Assembly (NCBI GenBank): GCA_963834425.1
Contig: CAWIBR010000008.1
Coordinates: 132,534 to 196,533, forward strand
From: an uncultured Actinomycetota bacterium
GTDB lineage: Bacteria > Actinomycetota > Actinomycetes > Actinomycetales > CAVURS01
Length of the DNA: 64,000 nt
Direction of reading: 5' to 3'
Translations under genes and position numbers: made by a program
Shown here: in pieces, positions 29,892 through 38,255 of the stretch
Layout of the letters: the number at the start of each line of letters is the position of its first letter
Numbering within the stretch: the stretch's first letter is position 1
The notes under the pieces: model-generated
What the model was told of the DNA's origin: nothing
The model's database searches: none
Seen by the model: the letters and a program-made list of their open reading frames with translations, nothing else

Positions 29892-30800
29892 TCACTGTAG
29901 GAAGTCCAGGAGCGATGGTTGCACGACCTTGGCCGTAGCCCCTAGCGCCGCCTGGTAGGCGACCTGCTGGCTCTGCAGCGCCACGATGGTCGACGGCATG
30001 TCGATGTCCTCGACGTCGGTGAGCCGCGTGGTCAGGTCCTGGACCCGGTTGGTGACCTGGGTCGAGCCGTCCTCGATCCGTTGCTGCCGCACGCCGACGT
30101 CGGTCTGCTGGGTCCGCACCGCCGTGGCCGACGCGTCGATCGCGTCCAGGTCGCCGGACAGGGCCGACGGGTTGTTCTGCAAGTGGTCGATCACCGTGGC
30201 CAGCACGTTGAAGACCGAGCTGCTGCCGGAGCCGAAGGTCGCAGTGCCGCTGCTGTCGACGCGCACCGTGGTGCCGTCGGAGATCCGCCGTTGCACGGTG
30301 CCCGAGTCGCCGACGTACGACACGTCCGGCTGGCCGCCCACTGTCGAGGTCGAGCCGGTGGCGAACGCAGCCGACCCGGCCGTCGTGCCGCCGAAGACCG
30401 GCCGGCCGTTGTACTGCGTGTTGGCCAGGCTCAGCAGCTCGGACCGCAGCTGGGTCATCTCGGTCGCGACGGCCTGGTTGGAGCTCGCGTCGTTGCTGCC
30501 GGTCGAACTGGCCTGTACGACGAGGTCGCGCGCCCGGCCGAGCAGGCTGTTGACCGACGTCAGCGTGGTGTCGAGCGTCGTGAGCCAGGCGTCGCCGTCG
30601 GAGGCGTTGCGGGAGTACTGGTTGTTGCGGTCGATCTCGCCCTGGAGCGAGAGCGCGTCGACGGTGCCACTGGGGTCGTCGGAGGCCGTGTTGATCCGCT
30701 TGCCGGAGGACAACTGTTGTTGCAGGGTCGCACCGCGCTGAAGGCTGGCCTGCAGGTTGGCCAGCGTCATCGACGTGATCGAGCTGTTGGTGACTCTCAT
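29892..30800 (-). CDS. flgL: Flagellar hook-associated protein 3, FlgL
   Basis: MRVTNSSITSMTLANLQASLQRGATLQQQLSSGKRINTASDDPSG...C-terminus DIDMPSTIVALQSQQVAYQAALGATAKVVQPSLLDFL. The ORF-track ORF 29892..31838 is an upstream over-extension. Confidence 0.85.
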   Translation of the reverse strand: MRVTNSSITSMTLANLQASLQRGATLQQQLSSGKRINTASDDPSGTVDALSLQGEIDRNNQYSRNASDGDAWLTTLDTTLTSVNSLLGRARDLVVQASSTGSNDASSNQAVATEMTQLRSELLSLANTQYNGRPVFGGTTAGSAAFATGSTSTVGGQPDVSYVGDSGTVQRRISDGTTVRVDSSGTATFGSGSSSVFNVLATVIDHLQNNPSALSGDLDAIDASATAVRTQQTDVGVRQQRIEDGSTQVTNRVQDLTTRLTDVEDIDMPSTIVALQSQQVAYQAALGATAKVVQPSLLDFLQ

Positions 30801-30802
30801 GG

Positions 30803-32212
30803 TCAGCCTCTCCCCGCCACGCCGGTGTGGTTGATCAGCGTGTCCAGGTCCTCGTCGATCGTGGTCAGCACCCGCGACGCGCCCTGGTAGGCCCGCTGGA
30901 AGGTCAGCATGTTGGTGAGCTCCTCGTCCAGGCTCACGCCGGAGGCGGAGTCGCGGTCGGTGTCGGAGTTCGTGGCGACGGTGGTGGCCGTCGTGGCCTG
31001 GGTCGTGGCCCGGGCCGAGGCGACGCCGACGTTCGCGACCGCCGTCTTCCAGGCGTTGTCGGCGCCCGTCGTCGAGGTCGCGATCTGCGCGATCTGGTCG
31101 GCCAGGCTGCCGTCGAGGTTGGCACTGCCGGCCAGGACCGCGGAGGCCACCTTGCGCGGGTCGGTGATGGCGACCGAGATGTTGGCCGCGGTCACCGTCG
31201 CGCTGCCGTCCGCCGTACTGAAGAAGTCGGTAGCCGGGTTGCCGTCCAGGTCCATCCCGGTGTCGTGCACCGCGTTGACCGAGCTGGCGAGAGTGGCTGC
31301 GACGTTGTCGTACGCCGCGAGCGTGCCCGGGATCGTGGTGTTCAGCGCCTGCAGCGAGGCGGCCAGGCGGCCACCGCTGACGCTGGCCGGACCGCCTCCG
31401 GCCCAGCTGAACGAGACCGGCGTGCCGGCGACCTGGCTCTCGCCGGTCGCGCCGCCGAGGACGAGCTGCTCGGCGTGCGGGCCGTGGACGAGCGGGCTGC
31501 CGCCGACCATCACATCGACGCTGCCGTCGGCGTTGGCCCGCGAGGTCGCGCCGGTGAGCTCGGACAGGTGCAGCACCAACGCATCCCGCTGGTCGGCCAG
31601 CTCGTTGACCTGGCCTCCGGTCAGCTGGGCCGAGACGATCTGCTGGTTCAGGGCGGCCACCGACTGGGCGGTCGTGTTGACGTCGCTGACGAGCGAGGCC
31701 GCCTGGTCGTGCTGGCTCGACCAGTACGCCGTGAGCTGCTGGGCCGAGGAGTTCAGCGTGCCGGTCACCGTCTGCGCCTTGGCCAGCAGGGCCGCGCGGG
31801 TCGAGGTGTCGCCGGGGTTGTTGGCCACGTCGTGCCACGCCGACCAGTAGGCGGTCAGCTGGCTGGACAGGCCGTTGTCGCTCGGCTCGTTCACGACCTG
31901 CTCGATGGCCGACATGGTCGTCGACACGTCATTGAGGTTGGCCTGGTTGGCATGCGCCGTCCGCTGCCGGGCATCGGTCAGCGCATCCGCGAGCCGGGCC
32001 ACGTCAGTGACCATCACGCCGTTGCCCGGCGCCTCGGCGTTGGAGTAGAGCCCGGCCCGGCCGACGCTCGAGATCTCCTGCAGGTCGGCCCGCTGGCGGG
32101 TGTAGCCAGGGGTGTCGACGTTCGCGATGTTCTGACCGGTGACGTCGAGCGCCTGGCGCTGGGCCATCAAGGCGTTGACCGCGGTGGAGATCCCGCCGAA
32201 GGTGCTGCTCAT
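30803..32212 (-). CDS. flgK: Flagellar hook-associated protein 1, FlgK
   Basis: MSSTFGGISTAVNALMAQRQALDVTGQNIANVDTPGYTRQ...SGVSLDEELTNMLTFQRAYQGASRVLTTIDEDLDTLIN. Confidence 0.9.
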   Translation of the reverse strand: MSSTFGGISTAVNALMAQRQALDVTGQNIANVDTPGYTRQRADLQEISSVGRAGLYSNAEAPGNGVMVTDVARLADALTDARQRTAHANQANLNDVSTTMSAIEQVVNEPSDNGLSSQLTAYWSAWHDVANNPGDTSTRAALLAKAQTVTGTLNSSAQQLTAYWSSQHDQAASLVSDVNTTAQSVAALNQQIVSAQLTGGQVNELADQRDALVLHLSELTGATSRANADGSVDVMVGGSPLVHGPHAEQLVLGGATGESQVAGTPVSFSWAGGGPASVSGGRLAASLQALNTTIPGTLAAYDNVAATLASSVNAVHDTGMDLDGNPATDFFSTADGSATVTAANISVAITDPRKVASAVLAGSANLDGSLADQIAQIATSTTGADNAWKTAVANVGVASARATTQATTATTVATNSDTDRDSASGVSLDEELTNMLTFQRAYQGASRVLTTIDEDLDTLINHTGVAGRG

Positions 32213-32219
32213 CGCCGGC

Positions 32220-32699
32220 TCACAGGGCCTGGTCGACGACGCGGGGTGCGGCGGTCTCGGTCAGCCGGCCCTGCCGGCCGTAGGTCCCGACCGACTGCTC
32301 GAGACCGAGCAACGCCTCCCGGGTGGCCCGGGCGCCGGCGGCGAGCAGGTCACGGTTGGCCTCGGCCATCGCGCTGATCTCGGCGGTCAGGGCCAGGAAG
32401 GCCTGGCGGTGGGCCCGCAACAGGTCCGGCCACGGCTCGGGCGCGCGGGAGGCCAGCGTGGTCAGACTCGGCGCCGACCCGACGCCGATCACGGCGGCGA
32501 GGGCCTCCACGGTCAGGGCCCGATGCAGCTCCTGCTCCCGGATCTCGGCGAGCACCACCTCGACCTCGCGGGTCGCGTGGGCCAGCCAACGGGTGCGGCC
32601 GCTGGCGAGCACGAGCTGCTCCTCCTCGATCTTGAAGAGCAACAGCTCGAGGAGCTCGCGCTCCTTCCACAGCAGGGTGGAGAGGTCCTCCCAGCTCAT
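32220..32699 (-). CDS. flgN: FlgN-like flagellar export chaperone
   Basis: MSWEDLSTLLWKERELLELLLFKIEEEQLVLASGRTRWLAHATREVEVVLAEIREQELHRA. Position directly upstream of flgK. GGAGGAGGA lies before the ATG. Confidence 0.6.
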   Translation of the reverse strand: MSWEDLSTLLWKERELLELLLFKIEEEQLVLASGRTRWLAHATREVEVVLAEIREQELHRALTVEALAAVIGVGSAPSLTTLASRAPEPWPDLLRAHRQAFLALTAEISAMAEANRDLLAAGARATREALLGLEQSVGTYGRQGRLTETAAPRVVDQAL

Positions 32700-32710
32700 C
32701 GGTCCTCCTC

Positions 32711-32772
32711 CAGGCCACCACTGGCCACCGCTGGCCACCAACTGGCCAATCAACTGGCCAACAGACTCGCCA
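32711..32772. repeat. Phased array of the palindromic hexamer TGGCCA (4 perfect, 2 degenerate copies; 10-12 bp spacing) in the flgN leader / fliA upstream region
   Basis: TGGCCA at 32722, 32732, 32743 and 32755. AGGCCA at 32712. TCGCCA at 32767. Confidence 0.85.
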
Positions 32773-32791
32773 ACCAGACACGCGACCAAAC

Positions 32792-32809
32792 ATCACGTGT
32801 CCATGTGAT
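32792..32809 (-). promoter_or_regulatory. Imperfect inverted repeat; as minus-strand RNA, a 5-bp stem with a GGA-containing loop (weak candidate CsrA site or operator)
   Basis: The minus strand reads ATCAC atggacac GTGAT. Confidence 0.3.
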
Positions 32810-32867
32810 CGGCTCCGCGACCGCCGACCTGAGCGGTTCCGCGCGTTGTCCGGAGTTTTTTCGGCCG

Positions 32868-32894
32868 TTCGCGGCTGGTGACTTCAGGTCCCGG
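32868..32894 (-). promoter_or_regulatory. Candidate sigma-28 (FliA)-type promoter for flgN-flgK-flgL-fliW: AGTCACC-N11-GCCGAAAA
   Basis: The minus strand reads aAGTCACCagccgcgaacgGCCGAAAAaa. The -10 resembles GCCGATAA. The architecture is almost identical to the fliC upstream element. Confidence 0.4.
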
Positions 32895-32917
32895 ACGATC
32901 ACGCCGAGCAACCATCC

Positions 32918-33937
32918 ATGGTGTTCAGACCCCTCATTCGTGCGGGAGAGCCGCTCGAAGACGTCACTGTCAGTGACGAGTCGGGGCACTCCGCACCAAA
33001 CCAGACAACCGAGGAACGGATCCGGCAGGCGATGCCGCTGGTGGGCTACGTGGTCACCGAGCTGCTGGCCCGGCTGCCCGCCCACATCCGCCGCGAGGAC
33101 CTCGAGTCGGCCGGCTACGAAGCCCTGGTCCGGTGCGCCCGCAGCTACGACGAGAGCGTCGGCACGACCTTCGCCCAGTACGCGCGGATCCGGGTGCGCG
33201 GCGCCGTCGTCGACGAGCTGCGCTCCGCCGACTGGGCCAGCCGCGGCACGCGGCGGGCCGAGCGCGCCTTGTCCGGAGCCGAGGAGCGGCTGACCCAGCA
33301 GCTCGGCCGCCACCCCAGCGCCGCCGAGGTCGCGGCCGAGGTCGGCAGCGACGGCACCGAGATGCTGCGCACCCGCGAGCGGGTCCAACGAGCCGCCGTC
33401 CTCTCTCTCAATGCCGTCGTCGGCGACAACGACGTGGACCTGGCCACGGGCCTGGCCGCCACCGAGATCGGCCACGAGGAGCGGATCGTCGCCGAGGAGC
33501 GGACCCAGACCCTGTACGCCGCGGTCGAGGCCCTGCCCGAGCGGCTCCGCATCGTCATCCAGGGCTACTTCCTGGGCGAGCGGCCGATGGCCGAGATCGC
33601 CCGCGAGCTGGGGGTCAGCGAGTCCCGGATCTCCCAGATGCGCGCCCAGGCCCTCGAGCTCCTGCGCGAGGGGATGGCCCGCGCCCTGGACGACACGGAC
33701 CCCAGCGATCCCCACGACGTCGCCGCTGCGGCCGCCCGGATCCCCGACGCGGCCCAGGTGGCTGCCGCCGGCGTCGCCGCGCGCCGCCGCGAGGAGTACT
33801 ACGCGCGGGTCGCCGCCCTGGCCGGCACGACCGGTCGACGCGACTCGGTCACCGCCCGGTCGTTCGCCGAGCCCACGGTGCCGGCCACGCCGGCCGGCCA
33901 CGGCCAGCACCCGTCGTACCTGTCGGCCCTGGCATGA
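32918..33937 (+). CDS. fliA: Sigma-28 family flagellar sigma factor (FliA/WhiG-like) with an extra C-terminal tail of about 75 aa
   Basis: RIRQAMPLVGYVVTELLARLPAHIRREDLESAGYEALVRCARSYDESVGTTFAQYARIRVRGAVVDELR..DW.SR; region 4 LPERLRIVIQGYFLGERPMAEIARELGVSESRISQMRAQALELLR. Confidence 0.85.
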   Translation: MVFRPLIRAGEPLEDVTVSDESGHSAPNQTTEERIRQAMPLVGYVVTELLARLPAHIRREDLESAGYEALVRCARSYDESVGTTFAQYARIRVRGAVVDELRSADWASRGTRRAERALSGAEERLTQQLGRHPSAAEVAAEVGSDGTEMLRTRERVQRAAVLSLNAVVGDNDVDLATGLAATEIGHEERIVAEERTQTLYAAVEALPERLRIVIQGYFLGERPMAEIARELGVSESRISQMRAQALELLREGMARALDDTDPSDPHDVAAAAARIPDAAQVAAAGVAARRREEYYARVAALAGTTGRRDSVTARSFAEPTVPATPAGHGQHPSYLSALA

Positions 33938-33978
33938 GCCGCATGGGGATTCGCACTGCTCGGTTGTCCGGCCCGGCG

Positions 33979-34004
33979 GTTCACCCGTTTGCCTCGGCCG
34001 AAAA
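33979..34004 (+). promoter_or_regulatory. Candidate sigma-28-type promoter for fliC: GTTCACC-N11-GCCGAAAA
   Basis: cggcgGTTCACCcgtttgcctcgGCCGAAAAcc, 85 nt upstream of the fliC ATG. Confidence 0.4.
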
Positions 34005-34044
34005 CCTCAGCCCGACGCCGGACCAGACGATCAGTCGTCCGGCA

Positions 34045-34081
34045 GCCCACGGACGGGCGTCAGTACACAGTTCACGGAGGA
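34045..34081 (+). promoter_or_regulatory. Candidate CsrA binding sites in the fliC leader: the hairpin GCCC-ACGGAC-GGGC, plus ACGGAGGA overlapping the Shine-Dalgarno
   Basis: GGA lies in a 6-nt loop closed by a 4-bp GC stem at 34045-34058. A second GGA lies within the SD at 34073-34081, 8 nt before the ATG. The 14-mer is repeated exactly at 48309. Confidence 0.5.
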
Positions 34082-34088
34082 GCACATC

Positions 34089-34953
34089 ATGAGTCTTCGC
34101 ATCAACTCGAACGTCTCGGCAATGAACGCGTACCGGAACCTCTCGGTCTCCGACAACGCGATGTCCAGCTCGCTGGAGAAGCTGTCCAGCGGTCTTCGGA
34201 TCAACCAGGCGGCCGACGACGCAGCCGGCCTGTCCATCTCGGACGGCCTGGAGTCGCAGATCGGTGGCCTGACCGTCGCCGTGCGCAACGCCCAGGACGG
34301 CATCAACGTCGTGCAGACCGCGGACGGCGCGCTGAACGAGTCGACCGCCATCCTGCAGCGCATGCGGGACCTGGCCGTCCAGGCCAGCAACACCGGTTCG
34401 CAGGACTCCAACGCGCAGGCCGCCGCCAACACCGAGGTCACCCAGCTGAAGGCCGAGCTCGACCGGATCGCCAACACCACGGCGTTCGGTGGCAAGCAGC
34501 TGCTCGACGGCACCTACAACGGCACGTTCCAGGTCGGCGCCAACAACAACGCCAACGACCAGATCACGGTGGACCTGTCGACGGCCAACACGACCCTGTT
34601 CGGTACCGGCTCGACGGTGACCGGCTTCGACATGCACCAGGCTGGGCGTCAACGCGGTCGACCTGACCACCGCCCCGCAGGCCGCGATCGACAGCATCGA
34701 CACTGCGATCAAGGGCATCTCGACCGCCCGGGCGACCATGGGTGCTTACCAGAACCGGTTCCAGCACACGGTCAACAACCTCAACGTCGCGGTGGAGAAC
34801 CTGACCGCGTCGGACAGCCAGATCCGCGACGTGGACATGGCTTCGGAGATGACCAACTTCACGAAGAACCAGATCCTGGTCCAGGCCGGCACGGCGATGC
34901 TCGCGCAGGCCAACCAGACCCCGCAGAACGTGCTCTCCCTGCTGAAGGGCTGA
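34089..34953 (+). pseudogene. fliC: Flagellin; single frame break near 34640
   Basis: MSLRINSNVSAMNAYRNLSVSDNAMSSSLEKLSSGLRINQAADDAAGLSISDGLESQIGGLTVAVRNAQDGINVVQTADGAL. After the shift: [103 protein letters not shown]. Confidence 0.9.
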
Positions 34954-34982
34954 GCGAACGCGGGACCGCAGTAACACCGGCT

Positions 34983-35024
34983 CTGCCGGTCCCGGGTTGG
35001 GATTGACCCGCCCGGGACCGGCAG
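34983..35024 (+). terminator. Perfect 14-bp-stem hairpin after fliC
   Basis: CTGCCGGTCCCGGG ttgggattgacccg CCCGGGACCGGCAG. An upstream CGGGACCG (34961-34968) could pair instead with 34987-34994. Confidence 0.6.
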
Positions 35025-35095
35025 CACCAGTGAGCCGGACCAGCACGTAGAGCTGGACACAGCAACGGATCGACCGCACGCGTGAGGAGGACGGG

Positions 35096-36492
35096 ATGAC
35101 GAGCACGTCGCCACTGACCAGTGTCAGCGGGTTGATCAGCGGGCTGGACACCAGCAGCATCATCACCCAGCTGATGCAGATCGAGGCCGAGCCGCAGACC
35201 GCCCTGAAGACCACGCTGACCAACACGCAGTCGGCCATCACGTCCTACCAGGACCTCAACACCAAGTTCCAGTCGCTGCTCACCGCGGCGCAGAACCTCA
35301 CGAACCCCAGCCACCTGGGGCGCCCGGACCGCCACCTCGAGCGACAGCTCGGTCGCGGCGTCGGCCACCGCGAGTGCGCTCACCGGCTCGGTGACCTTCA
35401 CGGTCAACCAGCTCGCCACGGCCCAGTCGCTGATCAGCACCACCTCGACGTCGTCGCTGACCGACACCTCGACCTTCAGCCTGACCGGCGGGTCGTTCTC
35501 GATCACCGGCGCCGACGGCACGGCCACCACGATCACCCCGGCCGACGGCTCGCTGCAGTCGGTCGTCTCGGCCGATCAACAGCTCCGACCGCCGGTGTCC
35601 GCGCCGCCGCCGTACAGGTCGCGCCCGGGCAGTACCGGTTGCAGCTCACCGGCGGCCAGCACCGGGCTCGGCCTCGACCTTCACCGTCAACGGGCTGGAC
35701 GGTCTGGGCGGCACCACCGTCGTCGCTGATGCGCAGGACGCGAGCATCCACGTGGGCTCCGCGACCCAGGGCTTCGACGTCACCTCGTCGACGAACACCT
35801 TCAACGGCGTCTCGCCCGGCCTGACCTTCACCGTCTCCCAGACCGGCGTCACCTCGACGGTCAGCATCGGCAACGACGCCAACAGCATCTCCACCTCGGT
35901 CAAGGCTCTGGTCGACGCGGCCAACGCCGTGCTCGCCGACATCACGTCGCAGACCGCCCAGGGCACGCTGTCCTCGGACGGGACGACCCGCACCGGGCAG
36001 GGCGCGCTCGCCACCGACACGACGGTCAAGAACCTCACCTCGTCGGTGTTGCAGGCCGTCACGAGTGCCGTCGGCGGCGTCTCGGCGGCCAAGTTCGGCA
36101 TCCAGAGCACCCAGGACGGCACCCTCACCTTCGACGCCGACACCTTCAACGCGGCGTACGCCGCTGACCCGGCCGGCGCGCAGGCGCTGATCGCGCCGGT
36201 CAACGGAACCGGTGTGGCGCAACGGCTTGCGGCGGTCGCGACGCAGGCGTCGGACCCGGTCACCGGGTCCATCACGAGCTCGATCGCGAGCCAGAACAGC
36301 ACGGTCACCCGGCTCAACGACGAGATCTCGGACTGGGACACCCGCCTGGCCGCGCGCCAGCAGACCCTGACCAACCAGTTCACCGCGATGGAGGTGGCCC
36401 TGCAGAAGCTGCAGAGCCAGTCGCAGTGGCTCTCCAGCCAGCTCGGCGGCCTGAGCTCCTCCTCGTCGTCCTCGAAGTCGAGCAGCTCGTGA
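35096..36492 (+). pseudogene. fliD: Flagellar filament cap protein FliD; 3 frame breaks (near 35310, 35585, 35655)
   Basis: MTSTSPLTSVSGLISGLDTSSIITQLMQIEAEPQTALKTTL...; SVTFTVNQLATAQSLIS; C-terminus ..ITSSIASQNSTVTRLNDEISDWDTRLAARQQTLTNQFTAMEVALQKLQSQSQWLSSQL. Confidence 0.85.
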
Positions 36493-36899
36493 GCCGCCCG
36501 GGCGCGACGGCCGCGCGCTACGTGCAGGACTCGGTCAGCACCGCCTCGCCCGGCCGGCTGCTCGTCATGCTCTATGACCGGCTGGCCCTCGACCTGGTGC
36601 AGGCCGGCGACGCACTCGCACGGGCCGATCGCAGCACCGCCCACCAGCGGCTGCTGCACGCCCAGCGGATCGTCACCGAGCTCTCGACGACGCTGGACCA
36701 CACGGCCGGCTGGTCGGGCAGCGTCGGCCTGGCCTCGCTCTACGCCTGGCTCGGTTCGGAGCTGGTGTGGGTCAACATCCACGGCGACCAGGCCCGTCTG
36801 CGCGGGTGCGTCGCCGTGGTCGAACCCCTGCGCGACTCGTGGCGGGCCGCCCTGGTCTCGACGTCCGCGATCACCGCCGACGAGCGTCTGGTCGGCTGA
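36489..36899 (+). CDS. fliS: Flagellin-specific chaperone FliS
   Basis: YVQDSVSTASPGRLLVMLYDRLALDLVQA.......AHQRLLHAQRIVTELSTTLD. GTGA overlap with fliD. Confidence 0.8.
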   Translation: MSRPGATAARYVQDSVSTASPGRLLVMLYDRLALDLVQAGDALARADRSTAHQRLLHAQRIVTELSTTLDHTAGWSGSVGLASLYAWLGSELVWVNIHGDQARLRGCVAVVEPLRDSWRAALVSTSAITADERLVG

Positions 36900-36901
36900 C
36901 C

Positions 36902-37282
36902 ATGACGCCCCCTGGTGCGGTGGAGTCGGCGAGCGCGACGGCCAGCATGACCGGACTGGCCGAGCCGATCGACTGGACGGCCGCCTGGGCCCAGGCCCTG
37001 GACCGGCTCGAGCTGGACGTCGAGGAGACCGAGCGGTTGCTCACCGGCAACAGTCCGTCCTCGGCCCAGACCCAGGCATCCCGGTGGGTGGCGCCGACCG
37101 ATCTCGGGCCGTTGCCGGAGTCACTCCAGGAGCGGGCGATCCGGGTGCACGCCCGGCAGATCGAGACCGGCCGACGGCTCGCGCTGGCCCTCGGCGCTAC
37201 GCGGCGTGAGAGCGATCTCGCTCACCGTCTGTCACAGGTCGGCACTCATCACTCACCGTTATACGTCGATCACCTGATGTAG
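36902..37282 (+). CDS. Hypothetical protein in the FliT position (possible export chaperone; unrecognised)
   Basis: 126-aa ORF starting 2 nt after fliS. No motif I recognise. Confidence 0.4.
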   Translation: MTPPGAVESASATASMTGLAEPIDWTAAWAQALDRLELDVEETERLLTGNSPSSAQTQASRWVAPTDLGPLPESLQERAIRVHARQIETGRRLALALGATRRESDLAHRLSQVGTHHSPLYVDHLM

Positions 37283-37392
37283 TTGCTCTCGAGCGGTTCG
37301 TGCTTGAGCGGCCGTCCCGGGTATCGCCCGATCGGCCGAACGCACCCCGGCGGCAGGCTCGTCCGAACGGGCAAGAAATCCGGCCTCCTCGC

Positions 37393-37419
37393 TACAGTCC
37401 GCTACACCTCTGCCGACAA
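37393..37419 (+). promoter_or_regulatory. Candidate sigma-28-like promoter upstream of flgB: TACA-N15-GCCGACAA
   Basis: gcTACAgtccgctacacctctGCCGACAAcaactgg, 85 nt upstream of the flgB GTG. Compare with TAAA-N15-GCCGATAA. Confidence 0.35.
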
Positions 37420-37503
37420 CAACTGGGAGCGACGGATCGCTCATTGTCGGCCATGGACTGGCCTCCAGCGCGGTTCCCCGGCCGCCACTTCAGGGAGCGA
37501 TCC

Positions 37504-37851
37504 GTGTTCGACAACGTCACGACAACGTCGCTGACGAGCGCCTTGGACAACCTCGCGCTGCGCCAGCGGGTCACCGCCGACAACATCGCCAATATCGAGA
37601 CGCCGAACTTCCACGCCAAGCGTGTCGAGTTCGAGTCCGCCCTCGCTGACAACGTCTCCAGCGGTGGGGACGGTGACGTCCAGGCCACCGTCGCCGAGTC
37701 CCTCGAGCCCACGCGGGAGGACGGCAACAACGTCAACCTCGACACCGAGACGATGTCCGACATCGACACCGGCCTGCGCTACCAGCTGGCGCTGAACGCG
37801 ATGAACTCGCAGTTCGCCGTGATGAAGACCGCGATCGGCAGCGGGTCATGA
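37504..37851 (+). CDS. flgB: Flagellar basal-body rod protein FlgB
   Basis: LDNLALRQRVTADNIANIETPNFHAKRVEFE...NNVNLDTETMSDIDTGLRYQLALNAMNSQF. Confidence 0.85.
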   Translation: MFDNVTTTSLTSALDNLALRQRVTADNIANIETPNFHAKRVEFESALADNVSSGGDGDVQATVAESLEPTREDGNNVNLDTETMSDIDTGLRYQLALNAMNSQFAVMKTAIGSGS

Positions 37852-38255
37852 GCATCTTCGAGAGCCTCGGCATCGCCGGCACCGGCGTCACCGTCTATCG
37901 CAAGTGGATGGACGCGGTCTCCGACAACATCGCGAACCTCAACACGGTCAAACCCACCAGCCAGTCGGCCTTCCAGGCGCGCTACGTCATCGCCAGCTCG
38001 ATCGAGGGCGGCGACTCCGGCGAGGGCGCGCAGGTCTCCGGCGTCGCCTACGGCAGTGCGACCGGCCGCCTGGTCTACGACCCGAGCAACCCGTTGGCCG
38101 ACAAGAAGGGCTACGTCCGCTACCCGGACATCGACCTCTCCTCGCAGATGACGCAGCTGATCATGGCCCAGCGCGGCTACCAGGCGAACCTGGCCGTCAT
38201 CGACCGGGCCAAGGACGCCTACAACGCGGCCCTCCAACTGGGGCGTGACGCATGA
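37848..38255 (+). CDS. flgC: Flagellar basal-body rod protein FlgC
   Basis: MSIFESLGIAGTGVTVYRKWMDAVSDNIANLNT...YVRYPDIDLSSQMTQLIMAQRGYQANLAVI. Confidence 0.9.
   Translation: MSIFESLGIAGTGVTVYRKWMDAVSDNIANLNTVKPTSQSAFQARYVIASSIEGGDSGEGAQVSGVAYGSATGRLVYDPSNPLADKKGYVRYPDIDLSSQMTQLIMAQRGYQANLAVIDRAKDAYNAALQLGRDA

Noticed and set aside
25081-32772. Short tandem repeats (9-12 bp units at 25081, 27992, 28131, 32711) considered as possible CRISPR arrays
   Set aside because: The units are contiguous with no unique spacers, are far shorter than CRISPR repeats, and no cas genes are present.
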